Below, piece after piece: positions 13,658-29,048 of a DNA stretch of 64,000 nucleotides; the first letter of the stretch is position 1, and each line of letters opens with the position of its first letter. The notes under the pieces were generated by a model that worked only from the letters and a program-made list of their open reading frames with translations, did not search any database and was not told the DNA's origin. The stretch is from the human T2T-CHM13v2.0 reference genome, Homo sapiens: NCBI RefSeq assembly GCF_009914755.1, contig NC_060930.1; one strand, written 5' to 3'. A program made the position numbers and the translations under genes.

Positions 13658-13788
13658 TGATTCAACATATGCAAATCAATAAATGGAATCCATCACATAA
13701 ACAGAACCAATGACAAAAATCACATGATTATCTCAATAGATTCAGAAAAGGCCTTTGACAAAATTCAACACCCCTTCATACTAAAAAC

Positions 13789-14083
13789 TTTTTTTTTTTT
13801 TTTTGAAATGGAGTCTCGCTCTGTCGCCCAGGCTGGAGTGCAGTGGCGGATCTCACTCACTGCAAGCTCCACCTCCCGGGTTCACGCCAGTCTCCTGCCT
13901 CAGCCTCCTGAGTAGCTGGGACTACAGGTGTCTGCCACCGCGCTCGGCTAATTTTTTGTACTTTTAGTAGAGACGGGGTTTCACTGTGTTAGCCAGGATT
14001 GTCTCAATCTCCTAACCTTGTGATCCGCCCACCTTGGCCTCCCAAAGTGCTGGGATTACAGGCGTGAGCCACCGTGCCCGGCC
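13789..14083 (-). mobile_element. AluY, inserted in the inverted L1 ORF2 segment
   Basis: AluY features (gcaagctcc, ttcacgcca, gttagccagg). TSD (a/g)ctaaaaactt. Confidence 0.93.
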
Positions 14084-14316
14084 GCTAAAAACTTTCAATA
14101 AACTGGGTATCGATGGAATGTATCTCAAAATAATAAGAGCTGTTTATGACAAACCCACAGCCAATATCCTACTGAATGGGCAAAAACTGGAAGCATTATT
14201 TTTGAAAACTGGCACAAGAGAAGGATGCCCTCTCTCACCACTCCTATTTGATATAGTATTGGAAATTCTGGCCAGGGCAATCAGGCAAGAAAAAGAAATA
14301 AAGGGTATTCACATAG

Positions 14317-14481
<165 letters not shown>

Positions 14482-15214
14482 TGACAGAGAGCCAAATCAT
14501 GAGTGACCTCCCATTCACAATTGCTACTAAGAGAATAAAATACCTAAGAATACAACTTACAAGAGCTGTGAAGGACCTCTTCAAAGAGAACTACAAACCA
14601 CTGCTCAAGGAAATAAGAGAGGACACAAACAAAGAGAAAACCATTCCATGCTCATGGATAGGAAGAATCAATATTATGAAAATGGCTATACTGCCCAAAG
14701 TAATTTATAGATTAAATGATATCCCCATCAAGCTTCCACTGACTGTCTTTACAGAATTGAAAAACACTACTTTAAACTTCATATGGAATCAGAAAAAGCC
14801 CGCATAACCAAGACAATCCTGGGCAAGAAGAACAAAGCTGGAGGCATCACGCTACCTGACTTCAAACTATATTACAAGGCTACAGTAACCAAAACAACAT
14901 GATACTGTTACCAAAATGGATATATAGACCAATGGAACAGAACAGAGGCCTCAGAAATAACACCACACATCTACAACCATCTGATCTTTGACAAACCTGA
15001 TACAAACAAGCAACGGGGAAAAGATTCCCTATTTAATAAATGTTGTTGGGAAAACTGGCCAGCCATATGCAGAAAACTGAAACTGGACCCCTGCCTTACA
15101 CCTTATATAAAAATCAACTCAAGATGGATCAAAGACTTAAATGTAAGACCTAGGACCATAAAAATCCTAGGAATATGTTTTCCTATGTACTTTTTTTCTT
15201 CAAATTCTCTTAGC

Positions 15215-17050
15215 AAATTCCAGAATTGGCATTTCCATACAATTTTTAGAATCAGCTTGCCAGATTCTTAATTATAATGATGATGATGATAATGATAAAA
15301 ATAATGTATTTACTTTGGGAAGTTTTTTATTTTGGGAGGTATTTGGGAAATATTTTGGAGGACTGACAAATTTTTATTTTCTTCATTTACTTCAATCTAA
15401 TGCTTCTTCATTAACATAAGTTATTATAATGTATTTCTCTGGAGGTTTACACTTTCTTCATTAATTTTTTAAACATCTTATTTAAATTGGTATCTTTAAT
15501 AATTTATTTTGCCATTGAAAAATAAACATTTTAAAAATTGTATTTTCTGTTTGTGTTTAGCAACTTGAAATACAACAGACTTTAGTTTCAACTGATTTAA
15601 TTATTAAAATTAGTGAACACTTAACTGTGCATGAAATCAACACACAAAAAATCTAGCCTGTATTGATCTCACACACAACAAAATTTCTGAACTTATTCCT
15701 TAATTTTTAAAAAACTTGTACACAGTAAAATTTACTTTTTGTGTTGTATAATTTTATGGATTTTAATAAATGGATAGAGTCACATACCTATCTCCAAACA
15801 CAGTACCATAACAAAGGACTTCCATTATTTCAGAAATTCACTTGAGCTGTCCTTTTGTATACAACTTCTCCCATTCCTAATCCCTTACAAATATTGATTT
15901 GTTTCTTCCCCTCTACTTTTGCCTTTTTGAGGGTGTCATGATAATGAGAATTACAAAATATGTTGCCTTTTGAGTTTGGCTGATTTTACTTAGTAAGATG
16001 CATTTAAAATTAATCCATAATGTTGTACAATTCAATTTTTCATTATATTTATTTCTAAGGGATATTCTATTCTATGAGTACAACACAGTTTGTTTATCCA
16101 TTCACCTGTTGAAGGGCATCTGGGTTATTTCCAGTTGGGGCAATTATGAATTGATCTGCTATAAATATTTGTGAAGAGATTTTTGTGTGAACATAAGATT
16201 TAATTCACTTTAGTACGTACATATGTAGGAGTGAGATTGCTTAATAATGTGATAAGTAGCTGTACATTTGTTCATTCCTACCCACAATGTGTGAGTGTCA
16301 ATTTCTTTCTATTTTCACCAGCCTTTGAAATTGTCAGTCTTTCAATTTTAGTCATTCCCACATGCATATAGTTGTGTTACAATGTAATTTTAAATTTGTA
16401 TTTCCCTAATAACTAAAAATGTGGAATATCTCTTTATATACTTATTTGCTATCTGTCTTAGTACACTTTCTGTGGATTATAACAGAATACCAGAAACTAG
16501 ACACTCAACAGAGAAAAGAAATTTGTTTCTAACAGTTATGAAGGCTGAGAATTCCAATGTTCAGGGACCACATCTTATAAGGACCTTCTTGTTGATGGTG
16601 TCTCTCTGCTTCTATTCTCTAAAGGAAATTACAGATAATTTATATAATTTCTTCCTTAAAGTTTCAATATAATTCACTAGTGAATCCATCTGGGCTTGAC
16701 TTTTTCTGTTTTGGAAGGTTATTTATTATTGATGACATTTGTTTAATAGATACAGGCCTATTCATATTGTCTATTTCTTCTTTTATAACTTTGGAAAACT
16801 GTGGGACTTTTTAAAAATTGGTTTAGCTTACATAGATATGAGATATGTGGGCATAGTTGTCACTAGTATTCTTTTATTATCCTTTTAATGTCCATGGGAT
16901 CTGCAATGATGTCTCCTCTTTCATTTGTAATCTTAGTAATTTGTGCCTTCTCTTTTTTTTTTCCTTAGTCTGGCTTAAGGGTTATCAATTTCATACATTT
17001 TTTTTCAAAGAGCCAGCTTTTAGCTTTGTTAAGTTTTATGATTTCCAATA
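15215..17050 (-). mobile_element. Fragments of ancient L1M (L1MB/MC-type), with an MST/MLT1A LTR fragment at ~16455-16610
   Basis: Antisense L1 3'UTR/ORF2 phrases (tttatccattcacctgttgaagggcatctggg, aattcactagtgaatccatctggg). MaLR phrase gtcttagt...gaaggctgagaattccaa. Confidence 0.7.
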
Positions 17051-17089
17051 AGTACTTTGTTAACAGTTTGTTTGCATATTCAATAAACT

Positions 17090-17340
17090 AATAATAAACA
17101 GTTATAATGTATTGAACATTTATTGAATATATGCCAGACACCCTACTATATTCTTTATTCTTCTTCATGTTACTTAATTTTATACATACCATAGATCTGT
17201 GAAATATCATTATCCACATTTTATTAACAGAAAAACTGAGGCTGGGGCAAAGAGAAGTGAAATACCTTACTCTGGGCTATTTAGTATTGGTGCCTAAATT
17301 GAGATTTGAGCACATGATGATCTGAAGACACTACTTTTAC
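17090..17340 (-). mobile_element. MIR relic
   Basis: catttattgaat...gccagacac and MIR core attatccacatttt...gaaaaactgaggct. Confidence 0.65.
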
Positions 17341-18083
17341 ATTATCCCATCAGAGATGCTTTACATCTAAACTATTAGAGGATCAATTATATATGCAAGA
17401 TAAAATAATGTATATTCAGGCAAATTCCTGACCTCTGGGCTTCCAGGTATTATCGGGGATACTAAATTGTAAATTCTTGTGATAGATTGTGCCAGTTCTC
17501 GATCAGAGAATGTGAGAGAACAAAATAGCAGGACGCATCTATACTTTTACCACCCTGGCATTTAATCTTCTCAACCATATCACACTAAGCTCTGTTTCCT
17601 GTAAATATTTCTGCATTAAAAATAGGGATAATTTCTGAAGGGAATTATAATACAGGAAATAAAGATAACTTTTTCATTAATTCTTACTTTTTCATGTGTC
17701 TCAAGAGAAGTAGGTACTTTTAAATACTTTATTTACACTTGTCACTTGGGTACTCTTATTCACTCTGAAGCTGACTCCTCTTATTTTTAGTTTTATTTAT
17801 TTTCTTCCAATATAGTACTCATTCAATCATCTCTGTATACATTTCCATCTAAGTATTTTATTCAATCTCTATGAAAATTCAATTTCTGCCCACAGGGATA
17901 TAACTATGAGGACTCACTGCTTATACCTCCAGGCAAAGCCTCATTTCTGAGCCCTTTATTATTGATGGACTGTTTCTCCAATGATCCTTGCTGCCCAGTA
18001 AAATCCAAATATCGCAGAAAAAGCTGGCAGGATGAGTTTAAGTAATAATATAGGTAATGCTCATCCTATATCTACCAGGTTGA

Positions 18084-18435
<352 letters not shown>

Positions 18436-19103
18436 TTCTTTTATATTTTCTTACTTGTATGAGCTTTAGGGAAACCAGTCCTTATACAGAGAAACTTGAG
18501 AAATATGTTTATACCTTGTAAGCTAGATATTAATTTTTTAGTGAGTTTAGTTGAAATCCTTATTGAGAATTAAAATATTTTCATATTTAGCAAGTTCTTC
18601 CACACATCTTACATTTCTTATCAACAGTGAACTTTGCATTATATACAATAGCATTTAGTTTCATTCTTGATCAGACTAGAAAGTCTGCCATAGAAAGTGG
18701 TATAACCTTATTCCTCTTTTTAAGTCCTATTACTTCATGAAAAATTAATAAATCACCTCACTGCTTCTAATTTACTGCCCCACTTAAGTTCTGACACTTT
18801 CTTGGTGACAAGATGCTATTTGGGAGGTGGAGAGGTATGGCTTCTATTTCTGTTATACACATATGTGGTCATCCAGGATTTTGTTTCTTAAACTTGAATG
18901 ACACAGAAACCATATTTAAAGAGGAATAAATATTATATAATTCCTGCACTGATTTACTTTGGACTACACAGAGTGAACGTGAGGGCCAGCAAATATCTTT
19001 GCATACTTATCTAAAGCCTATACTTCTTCCGCCTCTGCTAAGTGACTAGGAAATTACCAACAGTGAATTGCTAATATAGTAAACTCTAGGACAATTCTCT
19101 TCA

Positions 19104-21149
<2,046 letters not shown>

Positions 21150-22709
21150 GAAATATATAAGAATCATCACACTCAAACAGATTTCTTGTGAGATTTTTAT
21201 CTGTGTCTTGTGTTACCATTTAACTCTCCAGCTCAGGTATGCTAATGGAAACGTGGTTTTCTAACCCAAGGATTGAGAAAAAAAAAAAGTAAGAATGCCC
21301 TGAACTCTCTCATCAAGTGTCCTCCAATGAGTGTGAATAAAGGAAGGACGGAAGCGCTCCAAAACTAGATGGCTTCTGTGACTCATTTTTTTGGGTGCTG
21401 TGGACACTGCTCTTCAACATACAGGGTGGATTTACTTTGTGGAAGGCTTTTCAGCAGCAGCAGTGTCCAGGACTCAAGATTTTAAAAGAATCCTTTGGAT
21501 AATATATTTCAATTAAGTATTTTAAAATATACAATACTATACAATAAGAAAATACCTTTATATGATTATATATTGAAACATATTTCAGAATGTAAAACAA
21601 GATTATAAAGCTAGTAACCTTTAAACTTGCAACATTACTTTAAGATGGCAATAATATTGTTCTACTTACTGATTTTAATATGCTTATGCCACCCTGTATC
21701 CTGTATGAATCAATCTCCCAACTTTTCTCTTTATTTGGATTACAGTGACATCTTTGTATACCCCAGAGGCCATCAGGCCACATGGTGTTTCTATGATGCC
21801 CTAAACATAAATGTAAATGTAGGGTGTAAAGTGGCATCACTGTATGTAATTAGAAGGGTTTTTCTGATTAATTCATAATCTGCTGGTATAAGGTTACTAT
21901 AAAAATGAAAGACTAAAATTAAATCATTATTATACAGAATTATCAATATTTAGAAAACATTGATGGAGGATCTATTTTCCTACTAAACTTTTTCTGCAGA
22001 GTAGTGAATATAGCTTCTTAATATTTTTGTACGTTTGGTTTAAATTTTTACTGTAGAAAATATATATTTTCTGTAAATTTGATAATACAACCAGGATTCT
22101 GCTTATCCTGCTTTTCTGTTTTACTATTTTCAGATATCATACATTAATTTACCTTTCCATAGAAAATAATTTAATATTAATGTAATTAATTAATTAGTGG
22201 TATTTATTAATATTACTTATAATTAACAATAAATTAATATTAAACAAATTAATTTTGAATTAATAATTCAAAAGATATGACTATCTACATATTTCTCAAA
22301 GCATTTGGTGGTAACTGTATCCTAATGCTTTGTACATTTTATTACTATTGTCTCTTTGCTTAGAAATCTCCCAGTGCCAAAATGTGTATTCTTTGAAGTC
22401 AGACAGAATTAATATGAAATAGTAGCTAGTTTAATGTAGTACACACAGTTGGGATTAATTAAATGTTGAATAATTAATAAACTATTTAAAAAACACATCA
22501 AAATCCTAATTGTAGAAAGACTTCTATATATTTTCATGTGTTTATTTTACTTCTCTCAGCTCATATCTACCATATATTTTAAATGTCTGTATTATAGTCT
22601 TCTTTGCTCTATCACTGATAAACTGCAACACAATTAATCCTGTTACATACTCCATCTTGGTAACTTTAAACAAATTTACTTAACATATAATGATGAAGTC
22701 ATTACTGCC

Positions 22710-23128
22710 TGTGTTTGGCTGTTACTGAATTGATATAAAGAAATACCTGAGACTGAGTAATTTTTAAAGAAAAGAGATTTAATTGGCTCACAGTTCCGTA
22801 GGCTTGATGCTGGCATCTGTGTGGCTTCTGGTGAAGCCTCAGGGAGCTTTCAATCATGGCAGAAGACGAAGAGGGAACAGGCACATGGTACAGCAAAATA
22901 AAAAGCAAGTGAGAGATACTGGAGGGAGTGGTTCCACACACTTAAATAAGCAGATGTCAAGTAAATTAACTGAGCAAGAACTCACTTATCACCAAGGAGC
23001 TGGTGCTAAACCATCCGTGAGGGATCCATCCGCATGATCCAAATATATCCCACAAGGCCCCAACTCCAACATTGGGGATTGCATTTCAACATAAGATTTG
23101 GGAGGGCACAAATATTCATATTGTATTA
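22710..23128 (-). mobile_element. MSTB-like solo LTR
   Basis: aaagaaatacctgagactg...ggcatctgtgtggcttctggtgaagcctcagg. TSD ctgcc/ctgct. Confidence 0.87.
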
Positions 23129-24237
23129 CTGCTATGTGTTTCTTTTTTGAGACACACATTTTTTTCTTTTTTTAAAATTTTTCATTAGCAGTTTACTGAA
23201 AAAGAGACTATAATATTTTTGAATTACTGTTAAACCCAGCTCAGTAGAGCACAGGTGAAACTTTCCCAAGCTTTTTTTCTCCCTTTTCTTTCAATGCATT
23301 TTCTGCCATCAGACCTTCATTGCTCTATGAGTGCTCCCAGTGCTGCCTATGGGGAATAAGAAATTGATTTTTTATCAAATACTAAACTTGAGAAAACATT
23401 TTAAATACTAATTCTTCTTAGGCTTTCATGATGCCTTCTCAAGACTCTATAGATAATATACTTTATGCTAAATAACTTTTAAAAATGTCTCTGTGGTTGC
23501 TAGAGTTCTAAAATCATATATTAATTTATTTCTAAATGTTATTTAAAGAAGAAATTGAGCAAAGGAAAGATGCTCTAAATTTATATGGATTGCTTTAACA
23601 TTGCTTAATGAAGGCTTGCAGTTGACTTTATGAAGGAAACAGAAACATCTTGTTATAAAATGAAACCTTATATCTTCCCTCTCTGTCACCTTAAAATACA
23701 ATTTACATAAAGAAGGGCAACAGTAATTGAAGAGCAATTATGGTAGCTTTCTGTATTCATGCCAAAGAATAAACATTTATACCCTTTGTGTGTTTAAGAA
23801 AAAATGGTCTCACAAATTTGACATCTCCTATGTTAGCAGCTTATTAAAATTTAGTAGAAAGAGCATATTTCCATTTTTAAGAAAATAAAAGAACAATGTG
23901 AAAGGAATGTGTAGTAGTCTATTGCATCCACTTTTACTGTGCAGATAATTAAAAATTAGAAATTTGGGCTTTAAATGTTGAAGCCTGAATGTAACTACTC
24001 AGATCGACTAACCTACATATAATTTGCAAAATAACAATTTAATAGAAAGGAAAATACTTGAAATAATACATTTTTAAAATTTAAGCCTTATAGTATGTCA
24101 TATAATCATATGGACTTTCAGGAGTTTATACTGACCAAAGATGAGTCATATATTTTTCAGACATGTAAAATGCAAAATGATCAATTTAAGATTCTGAAAA
24201 TATAAAGAATCCAAATAAGTGGAATCTGTGAATAGTG

Positions 24238-24678
24238 TGTATATTACTTGCTTAGGGCTGTGTAACAAAGTACCGCAAACTGGGTGGCTGAATATAACAG
24301 AAATTTATTGTCTCACAGTTCTAGGTGTTATAAGTCTGAAATCAAAGTGTAGGCAAGTTGGTGCATTTTGAAGAATCTGAGGGAGAACCTGTTCCATGCC
24401 TTTCCCTTCCTTTTGTCGACAGCCAGAAATCCTTAGGAGTCCCTGGCCTCTTTATGCAGCTTCTGGTGACATTCCTTGGCTTGTACATGCATCACTCCAA
24501 TCTCTGACTCCATCTTCACATGATATTCTCTATGTGTATCTCTGTGTCCAAATTTCCCTCTTTATAATGACATCGGTCCACTCTAATGACCCCATCTTAA
24601 CATAATTACATCTGCAAAGACTCTATTTACAGATAACATCACATTTCCAGGTGCCAAGGATTTGGGCTTCAACACATT
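24238..24678 (-). mobile_element. MLT1C-like LTR
   Basis: agggctgtgtaacaaagtaccgcaaactgggtggc...acatctgcaaagactctattt. Confidence 0.8.
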
Positions 24679-25094
24679 TTATTTATTTATTTATTTATTT
24701 GAAATATACAATCAAAATCCCAGAATTATGCTAAAGTTAGTATGTGTTCAACATTGGCTCTTCTCAATTTACCAACATAATATACTTTCTCTAAGAAAAG
24801 AAAAGAGTATATTACTTTTTCTAAGCCATTACTTTAGTGTAGAGAGTTTTACAGGGTTCTAGACATTTTTTAAAAAGTTTATTTATTTTAGGATAATAAT
24901 ATATACAACTATGCACAGTAAATATAGAAAAAAGCATTTTTTTACTAAGTAAACTTTCCAATTTTAATTTCTCACCTTTTAAACTTTTTTTTCTATATGT
25001 TTCAGAGCTCTTTAGAGAAACAGAACACAAATATAAGTTTAAATGGATATAAATGATTTTTTAAAAGAGAGTTTAGATTGACCTATTCTTTTCT

Positions 25095-26830
25095 CAAGAG
25101 AAACAGAGGACTTGAACAACACTGTAAACCATCTAGACTGAACAGATGTCTATAGAATACCACCCAAAAAATGCAGAATACACATTCTTCTCAAGCACAC
25201 ATAGAACATTTCCCAGAATAGACAATATGCTATTCCATAAACAAGCTTCATTAAACTTTAAATAATTTAGATAATATAAAGTATACTTTCCAACTACAAT
25301 GGAATCAACTTTGAAGTTAAGAAAGGGGAAACTCATATATATGTGAAAATTAAGCAACTAACATTAAATGAAAAGATAAAAGAAGAAATCATAATGAAAA
25401 TGAGAAAACACATTAAGATGAATGAAAGTGAAAACACAACATACCAATACTTATGGGATACAACTAAAACAAGGTGTAGATGAAAGGCCTATACCAAAAA
25501 GGCAAAAAAATCTCAAATCAATAATCCAGCTTTCCACCTTATAAGTCTAAAAAAGAAATCAAAAAGTAAATACAAGGAAAGCCAAAGAAAGAACATCTAA
25601 AAAGGAACAAATAGAATGGGAGTAAATTAAATAGAAAATCAATAAAACCAAAAGTAGACGTGAAAAAATACTAAAATAAAAAAACCAGAAACTTTTAGCA
25701 AGACTGACTGAGAAAAAAATGGAAGAAGACTCAAATTAATAAAATCAGTAATAAAGAGGGAACATTACTATATTAGACCATTGTTGCATAGCTGTAAAAA
25801 AAATACCTGAGACTGGGTAGTTTAAAGAAAATAAGTTTATTGGGCTTATGGTTCTGCAGGTTGTACGGGAAGCATAACACAGGCATCTGCTTCTGGGGAG
25901 GCTCCAGGTAGCTTTCAATCATGGCAGAAGTAAAGGCGTTACACTCATCTTATGTGGCAGGAGGAGGAAAAAGAGAGAGAGGTGAGGGAGGTGCTACACA
26001 CTTTACCAGGTCTCATGAGAATTCTTTCACTATCGAGAGGATAACACCAAGAAGATGGTACTAAACCACTCATGAGAAATCTGCCCTCATGACCCAAACA
26101 CCTCCCATGAGGCCCTACTTCCAACATTGAGGATTACAATTCAATGAGATTTGGGTGGGGAACACAGATTCAAACAACATCAATTATTACATTCTTACAA
26201 AAAGAGAAAGGATTGAGCAACTATATATTAACAAATTAGATAGCCTAGATTAAATGGGCCAAGCCCCAGAAATACATAAACTTCCAAAACTAACTTTAGA
26301 AAAAATAGATAATCTGAATATACTTGTAATAAACTAAGAGATTGAATTAATAATGTAAGAACTTCCCCCCCCCCAAAAAATCTCAGACCCAGATGGCTTC
26401 ACTGGTAAATCTACAGAACATTAAAAATAATAACACCAATCTTTTCAAAACTCTTCCATAAATAAAAGAAAATGGAACATATACATAAATGTTGTTAGCA
26501 GTATTATTCAAAATAGGTAAAATGCTGAAACAATCCAAATGTCCATCAACTAATGAATAGATAAACAACATGTGGTGTATCAACACAATGAAATATTATT
26601 TGGCAATGATGGTGAATACTGATGAAATTTTGTACCTTTATGCTAAGCGAAAAGAAGAAGTCACATATTATATGAATTGATTTATATGCAATGTCCAGAA
26701 TAAAGAAATCTATACAGACAAAATTAACTGACTAGTTGCTTATTGCTCAGCAGTGGGCAGGAGGGAATAGGGAGGAACTGCTTAATGAGTACTGAGCTTT
26801 TTTGGGGGGTAAAGAAAATGTTGAAAACAT
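25095..26830 (+). mobile_element. Ancient L1M ORF2 and 3' fragments, split by an MSTA LTR
   Basis: L1 EN-region phrases (gcagaatacacattcttctcaagcacacatagaacatt) and a 3' portion (caatccaaatgtccatcaactaatgaatagataaac). Confidence 0.78.
25769..26182 (-). mobile_element. MSTA-like solo LTR
   Basis: tatattagaccattgttgc...aaacaacatca. TSD attac/attat. Confidence 0.87.
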
Positions 26831-26849
26831 TTGTATCCAAAAATAAAAG

Positions 26850-28963
26850 TCAGCATCCTAAAAGACAGTGAACAAATGAGATGAGGCAGTTTATTACCTT
26901 GAGAGAATTTCCAAACTCCAGCACAGAAAGGCATAAGCCAGAAGGAATGGGCAATAATGCTTGTTCTGACCAGCCAGTCTAAAAAATATCATTGTTCATG
27001 GGATATTGGGTCAATCATATAGAAGGGTGCCCATTAGTAAAAAAATACCTAGCCCCAAAGTGAGCACTGTTTCAGACCCACCTAACGATCTTAAAGGAAG
27101 ATCTGAAAAGATCAAACTGTTTCCAAGTAACTTAACTGCCTCCCAGAACAGAGCTCAAGGATATTTATAGGAATATAAAAATATTCAGCACCCAAAAATA
27201 TCAAATTGACAAGATTACACTTAAGCAAAGGAACAGGGAAATATGACCCATGAGGAGATAAATCAATCAAATTTGATCTCAAAATGACACAAATCTTAGA
27301 ATTAGCAGAACAGAATGAAGCAGTTATTATGATTGTATTACATTCATTTAAAAATGTACATACATATGTATATATATGAAAGATCTTAAATATATATGTA
27401 TTTATATATATATAAATATATATGTATTTATATATATAAATATATATGTATTTATATATATATAAATATATATGTATTTATATATATATAAATATATATG
27501 TATTTATATATATAAATATATATGTATTTATATATATATAAATATATATGTATTTATATATATAAATATATATGTATTTATATATATATATATATGAAAG
27601 ATCTTAAAAAGACAAGGTTAACTGACAGTGATTAAACTTCAATGTCTGGGATAAAGTTGTTTATCAACCCAATAGAATATTGATCAGTAATAAAAATGAA
27701 CAAATTATTGATGCTCACAACATAGATAAATCTTCAAAGTATTATGTTGAGAGAAAGAAGTCAGACAATAAGGACCATAAACTATGTCAGTCTATTTACA
27801 TAAATCTCTAGAGAACATAAACTCATCTAGAGTGACATTAAATTAATAGAACAGTGACTGCTTTGGGATAGGCAGAGAAGGATAGGAGTAAGACATTATA
27901 AAAGGGCACAAGGAAACACTTTGGAAATGGATATGTTCATTATCTTGATTCTAGTGATGGTTTCTGAACTTACGTATCTGTCAAAATTTATGACAAATTG
28001 CACTTCAAATATAAGAACTATTATCTATGTCAGTTATGCTTTAATAAAGCTGCTTAACAAGACAAATAAGACAATAAAATAATTCAAGGGAAGTAAGAAG
28101 GTTCAAATGGAGAAAGTCTTCAAAAAAATCAAAACACTAACAATAGAAAGTGTCTTGAAAAATATGGAGCTCTTAGCACATTCATATGTTTATCAGATTT
28201 AGTTTGGGAAGTAAAGTGATACAATTATGATTGGTAACTATTTGACATTTCTTTCAAAATTACTCATTCACCTACTATATTATCTAGCATTTAAATGCTC
28301 AGGTATTTACCCAATAGAGGAAAACATCTGATGACAAAAAGCATTGGAAAAGAAGCCTTAGTCATAATATCTAAATATTGAAACTAACCCTAATACCCAT
28401 CTACAAGAAATGTTAAGGAAAGTGTGGTGTATTCATACAATGGAATATTAGTCAACAATAAAAAAGAACAAGCTACAAATAAATGCAAAAATTTAATGAA
28501 GCTCAAAAACATAATGTGGAGTAAACAAGACACAATGCTATGCATTTATTGAATTTCATACTACATGAAATAGTATATAGTATGTAAGTAATATATATAC
28601 TATATATATTATATGTAACATATAATGTATTTATATATTATTATACTTGTGTAGTAACATATTATATACTTATATATAGTATATATGTTACTTATAGAGT
28701 ATATTATATGTAAGTATATAATATGTTACTACATAAGTATAATACTTATATACTATGTTACTTATATACTATATAAGTTATATATAATATAATATGGAAT
28801 TGAATAAAAATGAATAAAAATGAACATTAAGATATTTTCTGGGATGATGGGTTTCTTTTTTATTCTGTCTGCTGTGGAGGTTACAAAGATGTATGCAGTT
28901 TTCAAAACTCAATGAACTGAACACTTAATGTCACTATATTTTATTTTATGTAAATTAAATCTC
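26850..28963 (+). mobile_element. Ancient L1MC/MD/ME fragments carrying AT-rich insertions
   Basis: L1M 5'-region phrases at ~27150-27340, and 3'UTR phrases at 27670-28055, 28330-28560 and 28830-28963. Confidence 0.6.
27388..27595. repeat. AT-rich minisatellite, 8 units of 24/26 bp, AAATATATATGTATTT(AT)4-5
   Basis: The G of each unit falls at 27398, 27424, 27448, 27474, 27500, 27524, 27550 and 27574. Confidence 0.95.
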
Positions 28964-29048
28964 TATGATATTATTATATATTTATATTTGTTTTGGTCCA
29001 TGGTTCTAGGCTCATAATCCTCATAGCATTTATTATTTCCTAAGTGAA

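Noticed and set aside
27388-27595. Regularly spaced palindromic repeats that superficially resemble a CRISPR array
   Set aside because: There are no unique spacers and no cas genes, and the context is primate. It is a minisatellite.
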